A stretch of DNA of 64,000 nucleotides from Vicinamibacterales bacterium (GCA_036742665.1 DAINQP010000002.1:2531-66530); one strand, 5' to 3'. Shown: positions 38,030 through 48,067, counted from the first letter of the stretch. Notes: generated by a model not told the origin, from the sequence alone. Program-made: numbers and translations.

Positions 38030-38688
38030 CGCGGCTGCTCCGGTCCGAACGCGTTTTTAATCGGCGTCAGCCGGTTGTAGTAGATCGTCGGATATCGCAC
38101 TTTCTTTCCTGCAGCGTCGAGGAAGCTGAGCGACTGCTGAAACAAGCCTGGCTGCGGTGCCTTTGCCGGGACCGTGGCCTCCAGGATGTACAGGCGGCTC
38201 TCGTGCAGATAGATGCCGACGAAGGTGCGGGATTGATCCGGGTTCGTCATCTGCAGCTGATGACCCGAGACCAGGTCGATGTAGTGGAACGCGTCGTAGG
38301 TGACCTTCACGCCGGGCCTCTGCCGGAACTTCGTCGCGGCGTAGGCGATCGACGCCTGCACATCCACCTGCCAGTAGATCGGCAGGTTATCGGCTTCGGT
38401 GTGATTGGTCCGCGCCGCGTGGATGCGCTCGGCGTCGGTGTAGTCGATGACCGCCACCGAGTAGCGGCTGCCGTTCTGCTCGAGCGAGTACACCCGGCCC
38501 GGAAAGACCGCCCCATATTCGGACGGCCATTTGATTTCGTCCACCTTTGGCTGGCCCGGGAAATTCACTTCGAACCGGTCGAGCCGGTTTGTATAGGTCG
38601 TCCATTCCTGGGCGGTCGCAAGAGGTGCCACCGCCACGATCAGGGTTACCGCAATGATTCCAGGAAGCCGCATGCTGGATCCTTTCAC
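38026..38688 (-). CDS. exported protein of unknown function
   Basis: Signal peptide GIIAVTLIVAVAPLATAQ. 220 aa. First gene of the 38688->36178 minus-strand operon. Confidence 0.6.
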   Translation of the reverse strand: MKGSSMRLPGIIAVTLIVAVAPLATAQEWTTYTNRLDRFEVNFPGQPKVDEIKWPSEYGAVFPGRVYSLEQNGSRYSVAVIDYTDAERIHAARTNHTEADNLPIYWQVDVQASIAYAATKFRQRPGVKVTYDAFHYIDLVSGHQLQMTNPDQSRTFVGIYLHESRLYILEATVPAKAPQPGLFQQSLSFLDAAGKKVRYPTIYYNRLTPIKNAFGPEQPR

Positions 38689-38821
38689 AGCACGACATAC
38701 TGCCAGAAATCCGGCTGTCCGTCCGCGGCCGTTGTTTCTCTCACCATTTCAGCAACTTAACGCAGCTGCACGCGAAACGGATCGCGGCCGTAGTGGCGTA
38801 TTGACCCCCTAAGAAAGGACC

Positions 38822-38849
38822 TTGACTCTATTGGCGCAGCCGCGACAAT
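38822..38849 (+). promoter_or_regulatory. candidate sigma70-type promoter for the DUF1592 gene
   Basis: TTGACT (38822-38827), 16-nt spacer, GACAAT (38844-38849), then GGGGGAG as RBS and GTG at 38869. Confidence 0.4.
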
Positions 38850-38868
38850 CAATCTACGGGGGAGATCT

Positions 38869-41364
38869 GTGAATTCGAGACTAATGGTCGGCGGATGTCT
38901 GGCGGTCTGGTCTGTGGCGTTGATTGCGGCCCAATCGGGGCCAACGCCGTCACCGAAGCCTGCCGCACCGCCGGCCGCCCGAGCCCAGTCCGCCCCGCAG
39001 CCCCGAACGATTGCGGCGGTCACTTCCCCGTCGCCGGGTCTGGATCAGGCGGCGGTGCGCAAGCTGCTCGATCAGTACTGTCTCACCTGCCACAACGCGC
39101 GCATGAAAACCGGCGGGTTGGTGCTCGAACAGGCCCAGCTGGATCTCTCGACATTTGGCGACCACGCCGAGCTCGGCGAACGAATCGTCCGCAAGCTTCG
39201 CGCTGTACAGATGCCGCCGACCGGACTGCCTCGTCCCAACGACGCGACGATGGAGTCGATGATTCGATGGATGGAAGGCGAACTGGACGCGAAGGCGGTC
39301 ACACACCTGCCGGCGCCCGGTCTCCATCGTCTCAATCGAACTGAATATGCCAACGCGATCCGGGATCTGCTGGGGCTCGAGGTTGATGCCACCAAATTCT
39401 TGCCATCGGACGATTCGACGCGCGGCTTCGACAACATTGCCGCGGCGCTGACGACATCGCCGGCATTGATGGAGGCCTATCTCTCGGCTGCGGGCAAGAT
39501 CAGCCGGCTCGCGATCGGTGACATCAACGCGTCGCGCCAGGAGGTTTACGAGGTACCGGCGGACACGGCGCAGAACTATCACATCGAGGGCCTACCGTTC
39601 GGCACGCGTGGCGGGATTCTGATCAAGCACCAGTTCCCCGCTGACGGCGAGTACACGTTCCGCGTGAAGGGCGTGACGGGATACTTCACTGCCGTGCTCG
39701 GTCAGATCACCGGCGAGCAGCTCGAGATCACGATCGACGGCGAGCGCGTAAAGCTGTTCGACTGGGACAAGGAGATCAAGGGAACCACCGGCGTCGGCCG
39801 GGCAACGCCGAAGATTCCGGTGAAGGCTGGTCTGCACACCGTTGGCGTCACGTTCATTCAGACCAACGACCTTCCGGGCACTGAGTTGAATCGCCCGTTC
39901 CTGCGCACCATGAACACGCCGGGGGAAATTCCCGGCTTTCAGTTCTATCCGCACGTCGGGCAGGTGACGATCGAGGGTCCGTTCGACGCGAAGGGTGCGG
40001 CCGATACGGCGAGCCGACGCAAGATCTTCACGTGCCAGCCGCGCGCAGGCGCAACCGTGCGCGAAGAAGAGCGTTGCGCCCGTACGATTGTGTCAACACT
40101 CGCGAAGCGGGCGTTCCGGCGTCCAACGACGGCCGCGGACATGGACGCCTTGATGGAGTTCTATCGTGCCGGCCGCAGTGAAGAGGGCACGTTCGACGAC
40201 GGCGTCCAGGCGGCGCTGCAACGGATTCTCGCCGACGTCGAGTTCGTCTACCGCGGTGAGCCGGAGCCGACGACTGCGGTGGCCGGCAAGCCGTATCGCA
40301 TCAGCGATCTCGCGCTCGCGTCGCGACTCTCCTTCTTCTTGTGGAGCAGCATTCCCGACGACCAGCTGATTGATCTGGCGGCTTCGGGCAAGCTGCGCAC
40401 GCCGGCGGTACTCGAGCAGCAAGTGCAACGAATGCTCAAGGATCCGCGCGCCGTGGAGCTGATCTCGAACTTCACCGGTCAGTGGCTGGGCGTGCGTTCG
40501 CTGAAAACGAGCGAGCCGATCGTCAACATCTTCCCGGACTTCGATGACAATCTGCGCGCGGCCTTCGAGCGCGAGGTCGAGCTGTTCTTCTCGAGCATCG
40601 TCAGCGAGGATCGCAGCATCCTCGACCTACTGACGGCGGACTACACCTTCGTCAACGAGCGTCTCGCCAAGCACTACGGGATTCCCAACATCTACGGTCC
40701 GCAGTTCCGCCGCGTGACGCTTCCACCGGAGCTGCAGATGCGGCGTGGCCTGCTCGGCAAGGGCGCCATGCTGACCGCGACATCGTCGGCTGCGCGCACG
40801 TCGCCAGTGATGCGCGGCAAGTGGTTCCTGACCACGTTCCTCGGCATCGAGCCGCCGCAGCCGCCTCCCGGTGTCGACACGTCGTTGAAGATCGCGGCCA
40901 CTGACGCGGCCGGCAACGTGAAGACGCCAACGATGCGGCAGATTCTCGAGGTGCACCATACCGCGGCCGCGTGCGCGACCTGCCACAGAAGTTTCGAACC
41001 CATGGGTCTGGCGCTCGAAAACTTCGACGCGACCGGCGCGTGGCGCACGCTCGACGAGGGACACCCGGTCGATGCATCCGGCGTGCTCGTGGACGGCACA
41101 AAGTTGAACGGCGTGGACAGCCTGCGTGATGCGATGGTGAAGTATCAGGGCCAGTTCGCGCGCGTCGTCACTGAGAAACTCCTGACCTACGGGCTCGGAC
41201 GGGGCGTTGAATATGGCGATATGCCGCTCGTCCGATCGATCGTGAAAGACGTGGAAACCAGCAAGTTCCGGTTCTCCTCGGTTGTTTTTGGCATCGTGAA
41301 GAGCCCGGCGTTCCAGATGAATATGAAGACCACGGGACCCACCGAGCAGCGCGCGACGCGTTAA
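38869..41364 (+). CDS. DUF1592/DUF1588/DUF1595-type protein with N-terminal cytochrome-c-like CxxCH domain
   Basis: Signal peptide. YCLTCHNARMKTGGL (planctomycete-type cytochrome c motif) and a second ACATCH near the C-terminus. Length and block order are typical of the PSD1-like family that pairs with DUF1552. Confidence 0.8.
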   Translation: MNSRLMVGGCLAVWSVALIAAQSGPTPSPKPAAPPAARAQSAPQPRTIAAVTSPSPGLDQAAVRKLLDQYCLTCHNARMKTGGLVLEQAQLDLSTFGDHAELGERIVRKLRAVQMPPTGLPRPNDATMESMIRWMEGELDAKAVTHLPAPGLHRLNRTEYANAIRDLLGLEVDATKFLPSDDSTRGFDNIAAALTTSPALMEAYLSAAGKISRLAIGDINASRQEVYEVPADTAQNYHIEGLPFGTRGGILIKHQFPADGEYTFRVKGVTGYFTAVLGQITGEQLEITIDGERVKLFDWDKEIKGTTGVGRATPKIPVKAGLHTVGVTFIQTNDLPGTELNRPFLRTMNTPGEIPGFQFYPHVGQVTIEGPFDAKGAADTASRRKIFTCQPRAGATVREEERCARTIVSTLAKRAFRRPTTAADMDALMEFYRAGRSEEGTFDDGVQAALQRILADVEFVYRGEPEPTTAVAGKPYRISDLALASRLSFFLWSSIPDDQLIDLAASGKLRTPAVLEQQVQRMLKDPRAVELISNFTGQWLGVRSLKTSEPIVNIFPDFDDNLRAAFEREVELFFSSIVSEDRSILDLLTADYTFVNERLAKHYGIPNIYGPQFRRVTLPPELQMRRGLLGKGAMLTATSSAARTSPVMRGKWFLTTFLGIEPPQPPPGVDTSLKIAATDAAGNVKTPTMRQILEVHHTAAACATCHRSFEPMGLALENFDATGAWRTLDEGHPVDASGVLVDGTKLNGVDSLRDAMVKYQGQFARVVTEKLLTYGLGRGVEYGDMPLVRSIVKDVETSKFRFSSVVFGIVKSPAFQMNMKTTGPTEQRATR

Positions 41365-41374
41365 CAGAGGCCTC

Positions 41375-42721
41375 ATGTTCCTGACCAAGAAGCACATCTC
41401 ACGGCGAACGGTTCTTCGTGGCGCGGGTGCCACGCTGGCTCTCCCACTGCTCGACGCGATGGTTCCGGCGGCGACGCTGCTGGCGCAGACGGCCGCAGCA
41501 CCGAAACAACGGTTCGTCGGCTGCTTCGTGCCGCACGGCATGGCGCCGGGCTACTGGGTCCCCGAGAAAGAGGGCGCGCTTCCCGCCGAGTTGCCGTTCA
41601 ACTGGAAATACCTCGAGCCGTTCCGGAATCAGACGGTCATCCTGAGCGGCTTGCACTCGCGGTCGGCCGAGCCGCCTCCGGGTGTGACTGGCGCCGACCA
41701 CTGGGTCGCGGCGGCGTTCATGAGCGCGAACAAGCCGAAGAAGACTGCCGGCGCTGACGTCTACAACGGCACGACAATCGACCAACTCATCGCGCAGAAG
41801 ATCGGCACCGAGTCGCTGATCCCGTCGCTGCAGCTCGCCGTTGAAGATCCCGGCGCGAACTCCAGCAACTGCGGCGAGGGCTACAGCTGCACGTACACGA
41901 ATACGATCTCGTGGGCCTCGCCGACCTCGCCGCTGCCAATGGAGCTCAATCCGCAGGTGGTGTTCGAGCGCATGTTCGGCGACGGCAGTACGATTGAAGA
42001 GCGCGCGGCGCGCCGCAAGCGCGACGCCAGCATCCTCGACTCGCTGAGCGGCAGTCTGTCCCGCATGCGCACCAGGGTCAGCACGTCGGATCGCCAGCGG
42101 CTCGACGACTACACCACCAACGTCCGCGAGATCGAACGTCGTCTGCAGATCGCGATGAAAGCGTCAACGGTGGCGCCCGAGGACTTCACGCCGACCGGAG
42201 TGCCGCAGACCTTCGACGAGCACATCAAGATCCAGTTCGACCTGCTCGCGCTCGCCTTCCAGGCCGACATCACGCGCGTCGGCACGCTGCTCTTCGCGCG
42301 CGACCTCACCGGCCGCACCTATCCGGAAAGCGCGGCACCGACGGCTGGATTCCACGGCGTGTCGCATCATGGCGAGAACCCGCGGCAGATCGGCGAGCTC
42401 GCGAAGATCAACCAGTACCACGTGAAGATGCTGGCGCACCTTGTCGAGAATCTCTCGAAGAAGCAGGAAGGCGACGGCACGCTTCTCGATCACTCGCTGG
42501 TGCTCTACGGCAGCAATATGGGCAACTCCAACCAGCACGTTCACTACGACGTGCCGCACGTGGTCATCGGCGGGGCCAATGGAAGAGTGAAGGGCGGACG
42601 GCACCTGGTGTATCCGACCAAGACGGTGCCCACCGGCAATCTGCTCCTGAGCGTCCTGGACAAGTTCGACATTCACCAGGACACGATCGGCGACAGCACT
42701 GGCCGCCTGGAGGCGTTGTGA
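41375..42721 (+). CDS. DUF1552 domain protein (Tat-exported)
   Basis: Tat-type N-terminus SRRTVLRGAGATLALPLLDAM. Family-typical blocks: FVPHGM, SLQLAVED, SILDSL, HHGENP. Confidence 0.8.
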   Translation: MFLTKKHISRRTVLRGAGATLALPLLDAMVPAATLLAQTAAAPKQRFVGCFVPHGMAPGYWVPEKEGALPAELPFNWKYLEPFRNQTVILSGLHSRSAEPPPGVTGADHWVAAAFMSANKPKKTAGADVYNGTTIDQLIAQKIGTESLIPSLQLAVEDPGANSSNCGEGYSCTYTNTISWASPTSPLPMELNPQVVFERMFGDGSTIEERAARRKRDASILDSLSGSLSRMRTRVSTSDRQRLDDYTTNVREIERRLQIAMKASTVAPEDFTPTGVPQTFDEHIKIQFDLLALAFQADITRVGTLLFARDLTGRTYPESAAPTAGFHGVSHHGENPRQIGELAKINQYHVKMLAHLVENLSKKQEGDGTLLDHSLVLYGSNMGNSNQHVHYDVPHVVIGGANGRVKGGRHLVYPTKTVPTGNLLLSVLDKFDIHQDTIGDSTGRLEAL

Positions 42722-42777
42722 TAACGCCCAAGGCTCAACGCCCAACGCCCAACCACTCCCAACGCCCAACTCCCAAG
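42718..42777. repeat. half-copy of the CCCAAC-unit element (copy 2), embedded in the 5' end of the ankyrin ORF
   Basis: The sequence is gtgataacgCCCAAGgctcaacgCCCAACgCCCAACcactCCCAACgCCCAACtCCCAAG. It has the same leader as the copy at 2163. The complementary GTTGGG half is absent. Confidence 0.7.
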
Positions 42778-44586
42778 AAGGCGCATGCCCTGGCATGTGC
42801 AGGGTTGATCGCCGTGGTCGGGCTCGTGATGACGTCGAGCGCTGCCGGGAAGAGCGATGTCGCTGACGCAGCGATGCGCGGCGACAAGGCCGCCGTGCAG
42901 AAGCTGATTGCGTCGAAGGCCGACGTGAACGCACCGCAGAACGACGGCGCGACTGCGTTGCACTGGGCCGTCTATCGCGGCGACAAGGAAATGGTCGGGC
43001 TGCTCGTGCGTGCCGGCGCCAATCCCAAAGCCGCCAACCGCGAAGGCTCGACGCCGCTCTGGCTGGCCGGCATTGCCGGCGACCCCTCGATCGTCGCCGC
43101 GTTGCTCGAAGCGGGCGCCGACCCAAACGAGAAGCTGCCGCTCGGACGCACGCCGTTGATGATCGCGGCGCGCACCGGCAATGTCGAGGCGATCAAGACG
43201 TTGCTCGACAACGGCGCCGATATCAACGCCAAGGATACGCAGCGAGGAACCACGGCGCTGATGTGGGCGGCTGACGAAGGTCATGCCGCAGCCGTGAAGC
43301 TGCTCATCGATCGTGGCGCCGACATCACGGCGAAGTCGAATCCGGCGCCTCGTGGCCGCGGTCCGGCACTCGGTAAGGCGAACGATCCGCGCAAGGCTGT
43401 CGCGGCACAGGGCGCAGCCCTCGCCGCTGGCAATCCTGTCTCGCAGATCCTCCGGGACACGGATGTCGCCGGCAACAACGCCGGACGCGCTGGACGGAAT
43501 GGCGGGCGTGGAGCCAATGCCGCAGGCGGCGGGCGCGGCGGGGCGGGCACTCCGACCGGCGCAGCCGGCGACGACCAGCAGGACGACGCGGCCGCGGCTT
43601 TTGGATTCGTTCGAGGCAGACAGGCACCGAACGACGGCGGTGCTCTGACGCCGCTTATCTACGCGGCGCGCGCCAATGATATTGAGTCCGTCAAGGTGCT
43701 GCTCGCCGCTGGTGCCGACATCAACCAGACGTCGAACTACGGATGGAGCCCGCTCCTCGTCGCCACGCAGAACCGCTACTACAAGCTCGGCGCGTATCTG
43801 CTCGAGCACGGCGCGGATCCGAATCTCGCCAACAAGGGCGGATGGGTACCGCTCTATCTCGCCACCGACAATCGCAACATCGAAAGCGGCGACTACCCAG
43901 TTCGCCGCGGCGACATGGACCACCTCGAGTTCATCAAGCTGCTGCTCGACAAGGGTGCCAACGTCAATGCGCGCCTGAAGGACAGCACCGAGACGCGCAC
44001 GGTCTTCACCAACCAGTGGCTCGATGAGAACGGCGCCACCGCGTTCCTGCGTGCGGCGCAGTCAGGCGACGTCGAGCTGATGAAGCTGCTGCTCTCACGC
44101 GGCGCGGATCCGAAGATCAACACCATGCTCAACGTCAGCCCGCTGCACGTGGCGGCCGGCATCGGCTGGGTCGAGGGCATCACCTACGAGTGGTCGCCGA
44201 AGGCGACATTCGAAGCGGTGAAGATGCTGATCGATCTCGGCCTCGACGTGAATCTGCAGGCCGATACGGGCCGAACGGCCATGCACGGCGCCGCCCATAA
44301 AGGCCGGTCGGATGTGGTGCAGCTCCTGTTCGATCACGGCGCGCGTGTGGAGGTCAGGGATTACGGCAATACCGATAACCGCGGCGGCAAGCTGGCCGTG
44401 CACACGTGGCAGCCAGTGGACTATGCCGACGGTCTGGTGCGCGTCGGCGTGCAGTCGGCCATCGGGCACCCCGAGACCGGCGAGCTGTTGCGCAAGCTGA
44501 TGAAGCAGGCGGGATTCGAGGCGCCGCCGATGGGCCGCACGCTCGAGTCGATCTGTATTACCGAAGCGTGCGACACCGGCCAGTGA
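42718..44586 (+). CDS. ankyrin-repeat protein, exported, with Gly/Arg/Ala-rich insert
   Basis: GTGA overlap with the DUF1552 gene. More than 10 ANK repeats (GATALHWAVYRGDKEMVGLLVRAGANP etc.). The low-complexity insert is GRAGRNGGRGANAAGGGRGGAGTPTGAAGDDQQDD. The true start is uncertain because codons 1-20 are made of the CCCAAC repeat. Confidence 0.85.
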   Translation: MITPKAQRPTPNHSQRPTPKKAHALACAGLIAVVGLVMTSSAAGKSDVADAAMRGDKAAVQKLIASKADVNAPQNDGATALHWAVYRGDKEMVGLLVRAGANPKAANREGSTPLWLAGIAGDPSIVAALLEAGADPNEKLPLGRTPLMIAARTGNVEAIKTLLDNGADINAKDTQRGTTALMWAADEGHAAAVKLLIDRGADITAKSNPAPRGRGPALGKANDPRKAVAAQGAALAAGNPVSQILRDTDVAGNNAGRAGRNGGRGANAAGGGRGGAGTPTGAAGDDQQDDAAAAFGFVRGRQAPNDGGALTPLIYAARANDIESVKVLLAAGADINQTSNYGWSPLLVATQNRYYKLGAYLLEHGADPNLANKGGWVPLYLATDNRNIESGDYPVRRGDMDHLEFIKLLLDKGANVNARLKDSTETRTVFTNQWLDENGATAFLRAAQSGDVELMKLLLSRGADPKINTMLNVSPLHVAAGIGWVEGITYEWSPKATFEAVKMLIDLGLDVNLQADTGRTAMHGAAHKGRSDVVQLLFDHGARVEVRDYGNTDNRGGKLAVHTWQPVDYADGLVRVGVQSAIGHPETGELLRKLMKQAGFEAPPMGRTLESICITEACDTGQ

Positions 44587-44595
44587 CGGTCTCGG

Positions 44596-44613
44596 GGCGA
44601 GGCATACCTCGCC
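44596..44613. terminator. short hairpin between convergent genes
   Basis: ggcgagg-cata-cctcgcc: a 7-bp stem. It lies in the 28-nt gap between the ankyrin stop and the stop of 44615..45706. Confidence 0.4.
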
Positions 44614-44614
44614 G

Positions 44615-45706
44615 CTAGACGATCCTGAATAGCCGCCGCGCGTTGCCGGCGGCTATTTTTTTTCTATCTCCTTCACTGATCGCGGCGCGCTCGATCCACC
44701 GCGCGGCCGGCTCCATCACCTCATACGGATAATCACACGCGAACAGGATGCGGTCTGCCCCGATGGTCAGCATCGCGCCGATCAGTGCCTGGTCGCTGAA
44801 GATCCCGCTCGTCGAGACGTAGAAGTTGTCGCAGAGATAGTCCTGGAGCCGGCGCTGCACCCGCTTGTCCGAGGGGTTGTATTCGAAGCAGTGCTGAATG
44901 CGCCACGAAAAGTACGGCAGCGTCTCGCCAAGGTGACCGAGGATAACGGTCAGCGTCGGAAACCGGTCGAATAGGCCGCTGTAAATCAACCGCAGGGCGT
45001 GTGTCGCCGCTTCCGGGGCAAAGCCCCATGTCGCCCCGATCAGTTCGCTGTGCCCTTCGTAGATCCGCTGATCCAGGGCAGGACGCGGATGCAGATAGAT
45101 CGGCGCGCCAAGCGACGCAGCCGCCTGCCAGAACGGCAGGAACCTGGGATCGTCGAGATACTCGACCCGCTGCGGGTCCCGCGTGTTTGTGTAACCGTTG
45201 ATCATCGCGCCCTTCAGTCCGAGCCGAGTGACCGCGCGTTCCAGCTCGAACGGCGCGGTCTTCGGATCCTGCAGCGCGATACTGGCGAATCCGGCGTAGC
45301 GGGTCGGCTGATTACTGACCTCCGAGGCCAGACGATCATTGATCTCACGCGCCGCTGTCGCCGCGGCGACGGGATCAACGATGCCCTGAACGCCCGGGAC
45401 AGTGTGCGAGAGGATCGCCACGCTGATACCGCTCGCGTCCATGCCAGCTAGTCGATCCGGGCCGAAGTCCCGCAGCCGTTGGTTGACGCTCGTCATCCAG
45501 CCGGCGTTGTAGTCCATCGTCTTCACCAGCGATTGCAGATCATCGTCACTGCTGGACTGGGCGCCGACGGGCGACGCGCGAAGGCCGCCGAGCGCATCGA
45601 AGTGCTCTTCAACCGCAATCTTCTCGAGCGGTGCAGCGTCGGGTGGTTTGCCGATCGCGGGCAATTCGTAGGTCATGACAGGTGGCTCACTCGGATACAC
45701 CATCAA
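44615..45706 (-). CDS. amidohydrolase-2 family protein (ACMSD/LigW-type non-oxidative decarboxylase-like)
   Basis: KIAVEEHF N-terminal motif typical of this decarboxylase/hydrolase clade. Also LHPRP and ILFACDYPYE. The start may be a downstream Met. Confidence 0.75.
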   Translation of the reverse strand: MMVYPSEPPVMTYELPAIGKPPDAAPLEKIAVEEHFDALGGLRASPVGAQSSSDDDLQSLVKTMDYNAGWMTSVNQRLRDFGPDRLAGMDASGISVAILSHTVPGVQGIVDPVAAATAAREINDRLASEVSNQPTRYAGFASIALQDPKTAPFELERAVTRLGLKGAMINGYTNTRDPQRVEYLDDPRFLPFWQAAASLGAPIYLHPRPALDQRIYEGHSELIGATWGFAPEAATHALRLIYSGLFDRFPTLTVILGHLGETLPYFSWRIQHCFEYNPSDKRVQRRLQDYLCDNFYVSTSGIFSDQALIGAMLTIGADRILFACDYPYEVMEPAARWIERAAISEGDRKKIAAGNARRLFRIV

Positions 45707-45868
45707 GAGGCAGCTCGTGCGTACGGATGAGCTGCACGACAGAATCTACACGAAGGGTCCGACATGTTTTCGGACACTCGCCGGATATCATTCGAGCAAA
45801 ACTTCGGCTCACGAAGTGGTAGCATAGGCACGCAGTTGGCAGAGCGGCCCACAACCAGAAAGAACATT

Positions 45869-48067
45869 ATGGACGCCGCAGTAGCAGGGATACCTGTCTC
45901 TTCACCACAACCGACACAACTGACCTTCGAGGATGGCCTCGGTGAGCGGCGGTACGCCGTCGGCACCGTCAGCGAGCCGCTCGAAGTTCTGAAACTGAGT
46001 TCCGTACTCAGTTCGGTGTCGTCCTTCGATTTCGCTCTGCGCGAACGCACCGCTCGACTCGCCGGGTTCCGGCACGAATCGTACGGACGGGTCCGATCGA
46101 TCGAGCTCGATCGCCGGACATCGGCGTTGCTCGTGACCTCGGACTATGTCGCCGGCATTCGGCTGTCGACCATGCTCGCCGAGACGCAGAAGCGCGGAAT
46201 TCCGTTGGATCTCAATGCGGTTCGCAGTCTCGTGCGTCAGCTGGTCTCGGCTGCCGCGGTGCTGCACGGAACCGCACCCGACGTCGGCAACGGTGCCATC
46301 GCTCCCGAGCGGCTCGTTGTCACGCCGACGGGGCGTCTCACCGTCGTCGAATACGTGCTCGGGGCGGCACTCGAGCAATTGGGCCATACACGCGCGCGCT
46401 ATTGGCGCGAGCTGGCGGTTGCCCTGCCCGGCACCGTGGGGACGCCGGTTTTCGATGCGCGCACCGACGTCACGCAGATCGGCGCGGTTGCCCTGGCATT
46501 GATCCTTGGCCGTCCGCTGACGCCGGAGGATTACCCCGAGCGGCTCACTGATCTCATACACACCGCGACCATGCGGACCGTTTCAGGAGCCGTCGAGCCG
46601 CTTCCAGAGAGCGTCCGCGACTGGCTGATGCAGGCGTTGCAGCTCGATCAATGGGAGTCGTTCGCATCGCCAACCGACGCACGAATAGGGCTGGACGAAG
46701 CGTTCGGCGCCGAGAACTCTGTCGTCGAACTGGGCGCGCTGCACGTCTATCTCGCGCGCTATGCGGCGACCGACGCGTCAGTTGAGCCAGATCTCGGACC
46801 ACGGCTCGAGGCCATGAAGGCGTTCCTCGCCCGTTATCCGTCACGACGAACGAGCACCTCACCGACGCTCGAGAAGCCTGAACAAACAGTGGAGGCACCA
46901 CCGCCCCCGGCCGAACCGGTACGCACCGCCACGGTTGCTGAAACCGAACCGGCACCGGAGCCGGCGCCCGTACCGGAACCTGCTCACGCAGTGGATATCA
47001 CGCCTGACGTCCCTGTGAGCGAGCCAGAGGTCGATACGACTCCTCCCGATGTCATCGGCCCGATCCCCAGTTATGCCGAAGAGCGTCGCGGTGCGACGCC
47101 GGTCGTCATGAGGCGCCGTTATCAGCTTATCGCCGCGGCTGCTGGCGTCGTGCTGCTGGTCGGTGCGATTGCAGCATTCTTGTGGTTCCGCGGCGGCGGG
47201 ACACCCACGAGCGGCACCGTGTCGGTGGGCACGTCCCCGGCGGGAATCGCCGTATTCGTCGACGGCCAGCCGCACGGGGTCACGCCGCTCGGCATCGAAC
47301 TACCGCCAGGCGAACATGTGATCGAATTAAGGACCGATACCGAGCGCCGCCGTGTTCCGATCACGCTAGCTGCGGGCGGTCAGGTGTCGCAGTACTTTGA
47401 GTTCGCCCGCGCCGCCGCGGCCGCAGCGACCGGCGAATTGCTCGTGCGCACCGAACCGCTCGGCGCCGCAGTGACTGTCGATGGCAATTACGTCGGACGA
47501 TCGCCGGTCAGCGTTCCCGATCTGGCGCCCGGCACACATACCGTGCTCATGCAGAACGACGTGGGCACCCAGACCGAACGCGTGATCATCGAGGACGGAC
47601 GGACCGCGTCATTGGTCGTCTCTCTGGGCAGCGCCCCGAACAAAGCCAGCGCCGCAGGCTGGATCCGTCTCGACGCGCCCGCAGACGTGCAGGTCCTCGA
47701 GGATGGCCGCGTCATCGGCAGCACTGAGCTCGAACGCATCATGCTGCCAGTCGGACGTCATGATCTCGAGTTCGTCAATACGCCGCTGGGCTATCGCGAG
47801 CGGCGAACCGTACAGGTCACGGCCGGGCAGACGGTCACGCTGCGGCCTCAATGGCCACGCGGCTCGATGGCCATCAACGCGATTCCCTGGGCTGAAGTAT
47901 TCGTCGACAACAACCGTGTCGGCGAGACCCCGATTGGCAATTTCAACGTGCCGATCGGTTCGCACGAAGTCGTCTTCCGTCACCCCGATCTCGGTGAACG
48001 CCGGATGTCGGTGACGGTCAGCGTTGGTGAGCCATTGAAGGTTGGCGTCGATCTGAGGTCGAAATAA
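45869..48067 (+). CDS. membrane protein: degenerate protein-kinase-like (pseudokinase) domain + TM helix + four PEGA domains
   Basis: I chose ATG 45869 as the start, because the 105 nt upstream are visibly less GC-rich. The kinase-like fold has the catalytic loop replaced (GNGAIAPERLVV instead of HRDLKPxN) and no DFG. TM helix LIAAAAGVVLLVGAIAAFLWF. The PEGA repeats are VGTSPAGIAVFVDGQPHGVTP, VRTEPLGAAVTVDGNYVGRSP, APADVQVLEDGRVIGST and AIPWAEVFVDNNRVGETP. Confidence 0.75.
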   Translation: MDAAVAGIPVSSPQPTQLTFEDGLGERRYAVGTVSEPLEVLKLSSVLSSVSSFDFALRERTARLAGFRHESYGRVRSIELDRRTSALLVTSDYVAGIRLSTMLAETQKRGIPLDLNAVRSLVRQLVSAAAVLHGTAPDVGNGAIAPERLVVTPTGRLTVVEYVLGAALEQLGHTRARYWRELAVALPGTVGTPVFDARTDVTQIGAVALALILGRPLTPEDYPERLTDLIHTATMRTVSGAVEPLPESVRDWLMQALQLDQWESFASPTDARIGLDEAFGAENSVVELGALHVYLARYAATDASVEPDLGPRLEAMKAFLARYPSRRTSTSPTLEKPEQTVEAPPPPAEPVRTATVAETEPAPEPAPVPEPAHAVDITPDVPVSEPEVDTTPPDVIGPIPSYAEERRGATPVVMRRRYQLIAAAAGVVLLVGAIAAFLWFRGGGTPTSGTVSVGTSPAGIAVFVDGQPHGVTPLGIELPPGEHVIELRTDTERRRVPITLAAGGQVSQYFEFARAAAAAATGELLVRTEPLGAAVTVDGNYVGRSPVSVPDLAPGTHTVLMQNDVGTQTERVIIEDGRTASLVVSLGSAPNKASAAGWIRLDAPADVQVLEDGRVIGSTELERIMLPVGRHDLEFVNTPLGYRERRTVQVTAGQTVTLRPQWPRGSMAINAIPWAEVFVDNNRVGETPIGNFNVPIGSHEVVFRHPDLGERRMSVTVSVGEPLKVGVDLRSK

